Shown: in pieces, positions 20,027 through 28,707 of the stretch
How positions within the stretch are numbered: the stretch's first letter is position 1
How the letters are laid out: each line of letters starts with the position of its first letter
DNA from: a virus
Length of the DNA: 64,000 bases
Strand: one strand, 5' to 3'
Virus record (IMG/VR): IMGVR_UViG_3300027749_000038
Made by a program: the position numbers and the translations under genes
Notes under the pieces: generated by a model
Databases searched by the model: none
Told to the model about the DNA's origin: nothing
The model's input: only the letters and a program-made list of their open reading frames with translations

Positions 20027-20758
20027 ATGCGTTCCCAAAAATTTTTAGAATCATTAATACAAGAGAATTTGTTTTTATCAAAAAATTCTTTAAAGAAATC
20101 TTTGTTCGATGGCTTATTAAAACAAATTATTGGAGAAGATCTAGCAACCGCCCCAGCTCCAACTGATGTTAACGAGGTACCACCCCAAATATCTCAACAA
20201 ACAACAACTCCTTCAGCACTTCCACCAGAAGATGCGCATATTACCATAGAATTGACTAGGTTAGCGGTGGCGGCTTTTTTTGTTGATGTAGAAGCTTTTA
20301 AAGATAGTGCTGAAGAAAAGGGAGATTCGGGTTTAGTTCAAGATATTTCCCACAAAATTGCGGAAATATCCAGATACAAGGACGAAATGCCTAGTGAAGA
20401 GGATTGCCAAAAAATAATTCCCCTAGTTTCCTCTTTAGTTAAAATAGGTAACAAGTCTAATATAGAGGTAAACCTTCAAGACTTAACTGGTAAATTAAAT
20501 TTTGCTTCTAGACCCCTATTAATACAATTGATAGTTAAAGCATTACTGACCCCAGCTGCGGATATCACCAAACTTGATCCATTTATCGGGGATAAAATGA
20601 AAAAAATTCCAGAAGAATTGAACAATTTAACTAATTTAGATTTAAGTCAGGAAGGTAATTTAACTTTAGCGTTAGATTCTGCTAAAAAAATTCAAGATGA
20701 ACTATCAGATATGATAGCAGTGAATTCTACTGGAGATTTATCTGTGGATGTTTCTTAG
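20027..20758 (+). CDS. Hypothetical late protein, 243 aa
   Basis: Long ORF with TAAGTA 5 nt upstream. Confidence 0.6.
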   Translation: MRSQKFLESLIQENLFLSKNSLKKSLFDGLLKQIIGEDLATAPAPTDVNEVPPQISQQTTTPSALPPEDAHITIELTRLAVAAFFVDVEAFKDSAEEKGDSGLVQDISHKIAEISRYKDEMPSEEDCQKIIPLVSSLVKIGNKSNIEVNLQDLTGKLNFASRPLLIQLIVKALLTPAADITKLDPFIGDKMKKIPEELNNLTNLDLSQEGNLTLALDSAKKIQDELSDMIAVNSTGDLSVDVS

Positions 20759-20790
20759 TGATTTTTAATTTATAGAAGGTATGATGTGAC

Positions 20791-21054
20791 ATGTCTCAAA
20801 AAACCATAAATGTCACGGAAGAAGAGTTGCAGTTAATTTTAGAAGCTTTACTGTTTACTAGTTGTGTTGATGCTAATCATGAAGGATACGCAGAAGATAT
20901 GAAGAAAATGATAGGATTGGCATTTTCACTGAGGCATCAAAATCAAAGTGTTTATTTAAAAAATATTTTTGTTTTTGAAGACACTAAAAAACACTGGGAA
21001 GAATCCACTTCAGAGGTAATTAAATTTTTTCCAGAAATCTTAAAAACTAATTAA
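20791..21054 (+). CDS. Hypothetical protein, 87 aa
   Basis: ORF preceded by GTGATT-16-TATGAT-5-ATG. Confidence 0.55.
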   Translation: MSQKTINVTEEELQLILEALLFTSCVDANHEGYAEDMKKMIGLAFSLRHQNQSVYLKNIFVFEDTKKHWEESTSEVIKFFPEILKTN

Positions 21055-21693
21055 ATGAAAATAGCTGTAATAGGAACTCAATGTATTGGTAAAAGCACTT
21101 ATATTAAGGACTTTTTGATTAAATGGCCTATGTTTTCTTCTCCAGAAAAAACATATAGAGACTTGGTCAAAGAAAAGAATATTCCGATTAATAAATTTGG
21201 CACTGAAGAATCTCAACAACTTATCTTAGATTTTTTAGCCGACCAAGCAACTCAATATTCTAAATCTGATAATGTTATATTTGATAGATGTGTTCTAGAC
21301 AACCTTGCATACTCTTCTTGGTTACATCTTAATGAAATGGTATCTGAAAAATTTTTAGATAATAGTAGAATTTTAGTAAGAGAAACTCTTAGGCTATTTG
21401 ATATTGTTTTTTTCTTACCGATTTCTAAGACATCCCCGGTAAAAATTGTAGAAGATGGTGTAAGAGACACAGATCCGGTGTACAGAGAAGAAATTGACAA
21501 TATTTTTAAAGTGTTTCAACAATCTTATCTTCAAGGCGATGGTAAGATTTTTCCTAAAGGAGATTCAGCGGCTCTTATTGAGATTTATGGTAGCCCAGAA
21601 CAAAGAATTGCCTTGACATCTATGTATATTACAGAAAAAGGAACTATATATGGAGAACAAGAAAGTCTCATTTCAGACCTCTGGACACCATAA
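21055..21693 (+). CDS. P-loop nucleotide kinase-like protein (AAA_28/dNMP kinase family)
   Basis: IAVIGTQCIGKST, IFDRCVLD.LAY, FDIVFFLP. Confidence 0.75.
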   Translation: MKIAVIGTQCIGKSTYIKDFLIKWPMFSSPEKTYRDLVKEKNIPINKFGTEESQQLILDFLADQATQYSKSDNVIFDRCVLDNLAYSSWLHLNEMVSEKFLDNSRILVRETLRLFDIVFFLPISKTSPVKIVEDGVRDTDPVYREEIDNIFKVFQQSYLQGDGKIFPKGDSAALIEIYGSPEQRIALTSMYITEKGTIYGEQESLISDLWTP

Positions 21694-21702
21694 ATAAAAT
21701 AT

Positions 21703-22632
21703 ATGAGTTTGTTTAATACATTTTGTGAAAATTATCTAGAAGAAATGTCTGCACCGCGACGTGGGTCTATAGGTATTCCTAAATCTGCAGTCAAAACTCC
21801 AGGTTTTGCCGGAAAAGAAAAATTTGGAACCCAAGCTGGAAAGTATACTGGTGGTCAAATGTTAAATTTTCTAGGAGAATTTCTTACAGATAATGGTGAC
21901 AGAGCTTTAGATTATTCAGAAATACAAAAATTATTAGACACCTTTTTAAAGCGTAAAGGATTTGGTGGTACTGCAGCTAAATACTGGACTCGTACATTAG
22001 GTCAAGCTATTTATGACTTTGGTTATCAACCAGAAAAACCATCAGAAATTACAGATGGTAAAGGAGAACAACCAGAAGAGTTTGAAGCAGACGAAGTTCC
22101 GGAGATAGTTGATTCGGAAGAAGTTTCTGGAGGAGGAGAAGGAGGAGATGAAGAACCTACAGCAGAAGAACCAAAACCACCAGCCAGTCAAGAAGCTAGT
22201 GAAGAGGATGTATTAGAAGATTACTGGACCAAAAAAGTGTATGAGTACATTAAAGATGGTGGAGAAACTCCGACTTCTGAAGAAGATGTCACTGGATATA
22301 TCCAAAAAAGAGCAGCTCAAGTTAGAGATTCTGAAGCTGAAAATGAAGAATTTGTAGTAAGAAAAATAAAAACATTGATTTCAAAGGGTCTTTTGAAAAA
22401 AGAAGGAGAGGGATATGTGGCGGTAGAAAAAGAAGACAAACAAACAGAGGGTGAAGGAACTGGTGAAGTTGATACCTTTGATAGAGAAGGTGGAGAAAGG
22501 GATTATGGAGCCGAAGACACCATTGCTAATTATGCTTCTCAATTTGGAGAACGTCCAGAATTTGGCCAACATGAAAATTTTGATATGATGAAAGCGTTTT
22601 CGGAAATTTTCAAGTCAAACAGTCGTGAGTAA
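21703..22632 (+). CDS. Acidic hypothetical late protein, 309 aa
   Basis: Very E/D/G-rich; TAAATA 6 nt upstream. Confidence 0.6.
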   Translation: MSLFNTFCENYLEEMSAPRRGSIGIPKSAVKTPGFAGKEKFGTQAGKYTGGQMLNFLGEFLTDNGDRALDYSEIQKLLDTFLKRKGFGGTAAKYWTRTLGQAIYDFGYQPEKPSEITDGKGEQPEEFEADEVPEIVDSEEVSGGGEGGDEEPTAEEPKPPASQEASEEDVLEDYWTKKVYEYIKDGGETPTSEEDVTGYIQKRAAQVRDSEAENEEFVVRKIKTLISKGLLKKEGEGYVAVEKEDKQTEGEGTGEVDTFDREGGERDYGAEDTIANYASQFGERPEFGQHENFDMMKAFSEIFKSNSRE

Positions 22633-22659
22633 TTTTTAAATATCAGATATACTTCTTAA

Positions 22660-23628
22660 ATGAAGCAATTACCAGGTCATTATGTTTTAAGTAAATTTTA
22701 TACATATGCTGGTGAACCCACATTTAGAAAATTTGACGGGAATTATAATGCTTCCTGTAATATTTGCAGAGAAGGAAAGAGTTGGTTGAGGAAAAAAAGA
22801 TTGTTCTTTTATCCTTCAACCAACTCTTTTTATTGTTTTCATTGCGGTGATGGCAAAAGTTGGAATGCCAGAACCTATATTCAATTGTCTTCAGGTCTCT
22901 CTAAGGAAGAGATAGAACAAGAAGCTTTCACCGGAGATATATCTATTGAATTAGATATAAATAGAAATACTTCAATAGTTCGCAAAGAAAAACCATCATT
23001 ACCTTACGATTCCATAAACATTAATGATAAACAACAACAAGATTATTATAAAAATAATAGTAATTTTATAAAAGTTTTAGAATATATCGATCAAAGAAGA
23101 ATTAATACTGCTATAAACAAATGTAAAAATTTTTATATTAGTTTTACCGATTCTTTTCATAAAAATAGATTATGTATACCTTTTTATGATAGATCTGTCA
23201 AAATACCCTTTTATCAAACAAGAGCTTTAGATGGTTCAGATCCACGCTATCTTAACAAAGTTGGATACGAAAAGACCATATTTGGAATAGACAGAATAGA
23301 TACCCAGCTAGAATATATATTCATATTTGAAGGCCCCATAGATTCTATGTTTGTTAAAAATGGAGTGTGTTTGGCGGGATTAGAACTTACATCAACTCAA
23401 GAAAAACAACTTAATGAATTTGCATTTCATGAAAAGATATGGATATTAGATAATCCTAAAAAAGATCAAGCTGCTAAGGAGAAGATACATAGGCTATTAA
23501 TGCAAAAACAAAAGGTATTCCGCTGGCCTTCTGATAGTCCATTTAAAGATTTCAATGAATGGGTTGTAAAAGAAGGAATCGACGAAATACCTTATGATTT
23601 AATTTTAAATTCGTTGTTTCAAATCTAA
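22660..23628 (+). CDS. gp61: DNA primase (T4 gp61-like)
   Basis: Zinc finger CNIC...YCFHC; TOPRIM EGPIDSMF, WILDN, KDFNE. Confidence 0.9.
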   Translation: MKQLPGHYVLSKFYTYAGEPTFRKFDGNYNASCNICREGKSWLRKKRLFFYPSTNSFYCFHCGDGKSWNARTYIQLSSGLSKEEIEQEAFTGDISIELDINRNTSIVRKEKPSLPYDSININDKQQQDYYKNNSNFIKVLEYIDQRRINTAINKCKNFYISFTDSFHKNRLCIPFYDRSVKIPFYQTRALDGSDPRYLNKVGYEKTIFGIDRIDTQLEYIFIFEGPIDSMFVKNGVCLAGLELTSTQEKQLNEFAFHEKIWILDNPKKDQAAKEKIHRLLMQKQKVFRWPSDSPFKDFNEWVVKEGIDEIPYDLILNSLFQI

Positions 23629-24203
23629 CCCATTTTAAGCTGTTCTGCATCTCGTTCTTTCTTTGGAGCCATAATAATAAATCCGTTAAGAACTTCTTTT
23701 AACTTTTCAATTTCTCCAGCAATACGCGTAATACTATCAGATGCTTTGCGAGTTACTCCGCGCAGGAGGGAACCGGGCCTGTCTTCTGCAGCTAGGATTT
23801 TGTGTAAAGATTGACTATCTGGATTATTCATGAAACTAGCAAATTCTGCCAACTTTTCACTCCAGTCTTTAACTGCCGTAATAGCATTTGCTGTAATGGC
23901 TGGATCAGTTCCTTGTGTATCAAATTTACCAGCATCAGTTCCCTGCTCCAACGAACCTTCAAAATCTTTTTGATTTTGATCCGGAGTGAATTGTTCCGGA
24001 GTTTTTGCATCTCCCACAGGAGCTTCATCGGCTTCTTTGACTAAAAATGTAATAAAACTTTTGGCAAATGGAATATACCCTTCCTCACATCCACATTCTT
24101 CTCCTTTAATATTGGCTTTAAGAATGCGTTTTACTTCTCCTCCAATTCTTTTCTTGGAAGCGGAGTTTTTCATTTTTACTGTTGTCTTGCCATATTTTTT
24201 CAT
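23625..24203 (-). CDS. Hypothetical late protein, about 192 aa
   Basis: Minus-strand ORF; TAAATA 8 nt upstream of ATG 24203. Confidence 0.6.
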   Translation of the reverse strand: MKKYGKTTVKMKNSASKKRIGGEVKRILKANIKGEECGCEEGYIPFAKSFITFLVKEADEAPVGDAKTPEQFTPDQNQKDFEGSLEQGTDAGKFDTQGTDPAITANAITAVKDWSEKLAEFASFMNNPDSQSLHKILAAEDRPGSLLRGVTRKASDSITRIAGEIEKLKEVLNGFIIMAPKKERDAEQLKMG

Positions 24204-24221
24204 TATAATATTATTTATCAC

Positions 24222-24959
24222 ATGGACGCTTCAAATTCTCCTAAATCTTGTGTAGTTTTATTTAGCGGTGGTATGGACAGCACCGTAGTTTTGTATCATG
24301 CAATCAGAAATTACGATAAAATAACAGCTCTTTTAATAGATTACGGTCAACGTAATGCTACAGAAATAGCGGTTGCTTCAAATACTATTGTTTCTCTTTT
24401 TGATAAAGAACAAAAATCTATCGGATTCCAGAAAATAGAAGTTCCTCTCAAAAGTATTGGATTTAAATCAGCCTTGACACAGACAGATATAGCGGTCCCT
24501 AAAATGAAAGAGGTGATTGGAGATCCTCAAAATGATGCTTATGTACCTAATCGTAATATGATATTTTTGTCATTAGCAGTTGGAATGGCAGAGAGTTGCA
24601 ATGCAGATACTGTTTTATATGGAGCAGCAAAGGCAGATGACACATCGGGTTTTTGGGATTGTACTCCAGGATTTCGTAATAGATTAAATACCATTTTGTC
24701 TCTAAATAGGAGAAATCAAATTAAAATAGAAGCTCCTTTGATAGAAAAGACCAAGAAAGAAATTATAGAATACGGAGCAGAATTGGGAGTAGACTTTACC
24801 AAAACACGCACCTGTTATACAGAACACTTACAAGCATGTGGTGAATGTCCTAGTTGTTCAGCTCGTTTAGCAGGATTTATTCAAGCAAAATTAATAGATC
24901 CAATTAATTACAGTAGAAAAATTGATTGGGTGAAGTATAATTGTGTAGAAATTAAATAA
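24222..24959 (+). CDS. queC: 7-cyano-7-deazaguanine synthase QueC
   Basis: PP-loop SGGMDS, DYGQR, YVPNRNMIFLS, DC...F, APL....K..I, T..CY, CGECPSC. Confidence 0.92.
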   Translation: MDASNSPKSCVVLFSGGMDSTVVLYHAIRNYDKITALLIDYGQRNATEIAVASNTIVSLFDKEQKSIGFQKIEVPLKSIGFKSALTQTDIAVPKMKEVIGDPQNDAYVPNRNMIFLSLAVGMAESCNADTVLYGAAKADDTSGFWDCTPGFRNRLNTILSLNRRNQIKIEAPLIEKTKKEIIEYGAELGVDFTKTRTCYTEHLQACGECPSCSARLAGFIQAKLIDPINYSRKIDWVKYNCVEIK

Positions 24960-24960
24960 A

Positions 24961-25599
24961 ATGTGTGGAATAGCAGGATCTTCAGACCTAGAAAAAGCCT
25001 TTAATCTTTACAAGCTTAATTTACCTAGAGGTAGTTATTCATCTAGCTTATTGGCATTAAATACCAATACAGGATCAAATTTTATATACAAACAAAAAAA
25101 TCCTTTTACAGAGAAAGACAGGGATTCTTTAATTTGGAAAAAAAATCAAAGTCGTAATGAGTTCAATTATTTTCTTTTTCATTCACGAGCTCCTACCAAT
25201 AGCACAGAAACAGAATGGTCTGCAAACACTTCCCATCCCTTTAAAGAAGATAATTGTTATGTAGCTCATAATGGCATTATAACAAATTTTGAAGAACTTA
25301 ATAAAAATTTAGGATTTGAGGTAGACACTCAATTAATACCTTATGATTTAATAAGGACCTATAATATAGTAGAAACTTATTCCAACTATCAAGGATTACT
25401 TACTAGTTGGATAGTTTGGGATCAAACCATATATCTTGTTAAAGCTGGAAGTTCTTTGTGGATGAACTCAGATTCTTTTTCCTCAACACAATTTAAAGAT
25501 TCTCATCACGTAGAAGAAGATGGTATTATTTTTGAATTTAAAGATAATCAATTTAAAAAAATAAACAATTTTAATTACACAAACCCGTATTTTATATGA
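24961..25599 (+). CDS. Class II (Ntn) glutamine amidotransferase domain protein
   Basis: MCGIAG N-terminal Cys, HSRAPT, SHPF, AHNGII, VDT; 1 nt downstream of queC. Confidence 0.8.
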   Translation: MCGIAGSSDLEKAFNLYKLNLPRGSYSSSLLALNTNTGSNFIYKQKNPFTEKDRDSLIWKKNQSRNEFNYFLFHSRAPTNSTETEWSANTSHPFKEDNCYVAHNGIITNFEELNKNLGFEVDTQLIPYDLIRTYNIVETYSNYQGLLTSWIVWDQTIYLVKAGSSLWMNSDSFSSTQFKDSHHVEEDGIIFEFKDNQFKKINNFNYTNPYFI

Positions 25600-26285
25600 A
25601 GAACAAAAGAGTATATGTAGTTTCTGCCACGGAGGCAAAAACATTAGAAGAATGGCAACAAAAACCTATTTTCAAATCCTTAGAAAAACAAAACATATTA
25701 AGAAGCGCCAAAGAATTTGATTTTTATGTTGTAAAAGACAACAAAAGAGGTCTTCCAGAACTTTATAATGAGTTTTTATACAACGACAAACATAAAAATG
25801 ATATTTTGTTGTTTGTGCATGATGATGTGGAATTAGAAGATGCTTTTCTGGTAGAAAAACTTCTAAATTCTCCATATGATGTTACAGGACTTGCTGGAGC
25901 AACAACTGTAGATTTGAGTAAACCTCCAGCTTGGCATCTAATGTCCGAACGTTCAGCTCATGTAGGTGAAGTAGCACATACTTCAGAAAATCGAGTATGG
26001 ACAACCTGTTTCGGACCTACTAATTCTAGAGCTTTAATAATGGACGGATTGTTTCTAGCAGTAGATGTAGAAGCAACAACTTGCAAAGGAGCTAAATTTG
26101 ATGAAGATTTTACATTTCATCACTATGATATTACATTTTGTTTAGATTGTAATTCTAAAAAAGTAAAATGTGGAGTGCTGCCTATTAGAGTAGTTCATCA
26201 TGGCCTAGGAGACAGTATGAATACACCAGAATGGAATGCCAGTGCTCAAAAATTTATTCAAAAATACGGGATTAAAACAAATTAA
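25596..26285 (+). CDS. GT2-like glycosyltransferase (Glyco_tranf_2_5-like)
   Basis: YN, LFVHDDV, GLAG, DGLFLA, FDE.F.FHHYD..FC. Confidence 0.7.
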   Translation: MKNKRVYVVSATEAKTLEEWQQKPIFKSLEKQNILRSAKEFDFYVVKDNKRGLPELYNEFLYNDKHKNDILLFVHDDVELEDAFLVEKLLNSPYDVTGLAGATTVDLSKPPAWHLMSERSAHVGEVAHTSENRVWTTCFGPTNSRALIMDGLFLAVDVEATTCKGAKFDEDFTFHHYDITFCLDCNSKKVKCGVLPIRVVHHGLGDSMNTPEWNASAQKFIQKYGIKTN

Positions 26286-26301
26286 CAGTTAAATTGAACT
26301 T

Positions 26302-26892
26302 ATGAGATCTTTAATATACAACGATGCAGACTATGATGGCTCTCTTATTCATAGTCGTTTTGGATACAGAATTTATCGCAAAGATTATTCTTCTCTTGGA
26401 GTAGTTTATACTACTCGAGGCAATATGGATGTGAAGGCCAATCTTATTGATTTAGAAGATAAACTTTCAGACGATTTTATCTATTCAGATGATGCCTTGA
26501 GTGTGTGTTGGGAGATTCCTAATATGAATGCTATTGGTGCAGTATTCTTCCAACGATTGTTCGTACAAGAGATTGCCAATTTGTTTCGCACAGACAAATA
26601 TGGTTTGTTTGATGTAAAGGTAAATGGTGATGATCTAATGATTCGCAAACTTGGTATGGGAGAAAATAGCATTACAGAATTTGGCAAAGCCAGTGTAAGC
26701 ATTACCAAGGTAACAGATGGAGTAGCTTTGGGTCATTTAGGTATTAACATTTCAGCAGGTCCCAAAGCTCCTAGTTTTGCATTTTCTTTATTTCTAACAG
26801 AAGAATTAGTAGAAGAATTAACAATTGATATTACTAATATCTTTGATGAAATTTTAAAAGACAGTTTTATAGCTACTACAAAAGTTATTTAA
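26302..26892 (+). CDS. DUF366-like protein (biotin/lipoate ligase-like fold)
   Basis: YDGS, RG.MDV..NLIDLED, I.SDD.L, E.P, AV.FQRL, GDDL, K.SVSI, LGHLGINI match the DUF366 pattern as recalled. Confidence 0.7.
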   Translation: MRSLIYNDADYDGSLIHSRFGYRIYRKDYSSLGVVYTTRGNMDVKANLIDLEDKLSDDFIYSDDALSVCWEIPNMNAIGAVFFQRLFVQEIANLFRTDKYGLFDVKVNGDDLMIRKLGMGENSITEFGKASVSITKVTDGVALGHLGINISAGPKAPSFAFSLFLTEELVEELTIDITNIFDEILKDSFIATTKVI

Positions 26893-27284
26893 TGAAACCC
26901 AATTACAAAGACAATTTATTTCCTTTTTTAAATTGGATTCTTAAGAAGAATTCAGTACAACCAGATGAAAATGATATTCCATCTATTTTTATAACCAATA
27001 GATGGCTATCAATGATAGATCCTTCATTGGCTCAAATAGTGAATGTTACATTTAATAGATGGATTTATAAGACACTTATATCCAAAGAAAATTTACTAGC
27101 CGGTAAAATTTATAGAACATTATTGCCTCGTATTGGTAAAAAAATAAATTATATTAAAAGATCTACTCAAACAAATAAAACAGATGAGGTTGATAATATA
27201 GAAACATTGGCTAATAATATGGAGATCTCGGTAAGAGAATTGCATATATACAATTCAGCGTTGGAATACTTAAACAAAAAATAA
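26892..27284 (+). CDS. Putative clamp loader small subunit (gp62-like)
   Basis: FI.NRWLS...N, LP...K..YIK, LA....IS.RE...Y pattern and 130-aa size. Confidence 0.45.
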   Translation: MKPNYKDNLFPFLNWILKKNSVQPDENDIPSIFITNRWLSMIDPSLAQIVNVTFNRWIYKTLISKENLLAGKIYRTLLPRIGKKINYIKRSTQTNKTDEVDNIETLANNMEISVRELHIYNSALEYLNKK

Positions 27285-27286
27285 TT

Positions 27287-27670
27287 ATGATTGATAGACC
27301 CGTAGACTTAGAAGATCGCATTGGAGGAAAAGTTCAAATTGAACATTATGCTGGTAAAAGTTTTGAATTAGAAGGATGGCAACTAACCCAAGTGTTAGAT
27401 AACATCTTAATGGTACAATTCGCTGACATTAATGATGAAGGTACAGAGATTAAGAGAGGGAATTTGTGGATTCCTATTAATGCAGTTGAATATACCTGGC
27501 GAGTGGCTCGGGTAGTATTAGCTGGTTCTAAGTGTGAAACAGTTAAGGTAGGTGATTTTGTCATCTTTCCAAATGATCGAGGACTAAAGGTTAATAACCT
27601 AAATGGTTTAAGAAATATTGCTTTCTTAAATGAAGATCGTATTTTTGGAGTATGTACTTTAACTGAATAA
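27287..27670 (+). CDS. GroES/Cpn10-like co-chaperonin
   Basis: LDNILMV...GNLWIP...ARVVLAG....VKVGDFVIFP...FLNEDRIFGV. Confidence 0.75.
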   Translation: MIDRPVDLEDRIGGKVQIEHYAGKSFELEGWQLTQVLDNILMVQFADINDEGTEIKRGNLWIPINAVEYTWRVARVVLAGSKCETVKVGDFVIFPNDRGLKVNNLNGLRNIAFLNEDRIFGVCTLTE

Positions 27671-27672
27671 AT

Positions 27673-28062
27673 ATGTCTTCTGTCATTTCCGGTTCCGGCT
27701 TAGCTTCTTTATTAACTTCTAATGTAGCAGAATTTAAATTTAACAGACGCAATCCCAAGCCAGATTCTCCAACTACTCGTAGAATGTTAGCGACACTAGA
27801 TCCAAATATTCTAGTTTCAGATATCGGACGTTCTGTTTTTAATTTTAAACCACCTGGTCAAGGTGCTCCTTACAATCCAGCATCCAAAGGATTAATCATT
27901 GTGTTTGATCTTTTTATGCAAAATTGGAGAGCAATTCCATCAGAGGGAATAGAATTGATTAAAGTTATTCCATCTTCACCTCCAGAATTGTTTTGGGAAT
28001 ACTTTAAAGAGAATCTAGTGACTATGTCAGCTTCTCAAAAAGCAGCATTTATGAATTTATGA
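27673..28062 (+). CDS. Hypothetical SH3/WYL-like (DUF2693-like) protein
   Basis: V.EFKF.RR...RRMLATL...VFDL....WRAI pattern. Confidence 0.45.
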   Translation: MSSVISGSGLASLLTSNVAEFKFNRRNPKPDSPTTRRMLATLDPNILVSDIGRSVFNFKPPGQGAPYNPASKGLIIVFDLFMQNWRAIPSEGIELIKVIPSSPPELFWEYFKENLVTMSASQKAAFMNL

Positions 28063-28418
28063 TAACTGTTGAAAACCCGACATTAGAAGAAACCTGCAAA
28101 TCTCTATTACAGAGACAGGTTTCTTTTGAATTAAATAACAAAATTTTTAAACAAGGACAGTTGATTCTTTTTTATCAGAAAAATTTTTATCTTATTTTTA
28201 TTATTAACACTTTGAAGAGAGATAAAGATAAGATAGAAATTCCCATTCCATTTGCTATAGAAACCCATTCTGAGGATAATCTAGTGTATTTCGATTATCG
28301 AATTAAGACTCTATCAAAATTGGCACCAGAAGTAGAAAATTATTTAAAAGTATATCCCTCCGCTGGAGTCAAAAACAAATACTGGAATAATATTTTAACT
28401 ATAACTTGTCATGAATAA
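28059..28418 (+). CDS. Hypothetical protein, 119 aa
   Basis: Coupled ORF (ATGA overlap). Confidence 0.5.
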   Translation: MITVENPTLEETCKSLLQRQVSFELNNKIFKQGQLILFYQKNFYLIFIINTLKRDKDKIEIPIPFAIETHSEDNLVYFDYRIKTLSKLAPEVENYLKVYPSAGVKNKYWNNILTITCHE

Positions 28419-28707
28419 CTCTCATATTTGTTTTAATGTATTTTCTGGTACATTTTGTAATCTTTTAGAAGAAGATCTTAAAAATATAGGTCTTGGATAT
28501 TTGCCTCTCAAAAAAAATTCTAGTAAAAATTGCAATAAATGTTATGGCAGAGGATTTAGAGGAATGCAAACTGAAAATTTTACACATACTCCATGTTCTT
28601 GCGTGCAAAAAAACCTAAATTTAGATATATTAAAAGAAATTGAAAACAAATATATCAAACTTTTTGAACAACTTTCCGGGTCCAACACCCAGACCACAGC
28701 AAATTGA
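28411..28707 (+). CDS. Small zinc-finger protein (DnaJ-type CxxCxGxG half-site)
   Basis: CNKCYGRG...PCSC. Confidence 0.5.
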   Translation: MNNSHICFNVFSGTFCNLLEEDLKNIGLGYLPLKKNSSKNCNKCYGRGFRGMQTENFTHTPCSCVQKNLNLDILKEIENKYIKLFEQLSGSNTQTTAN

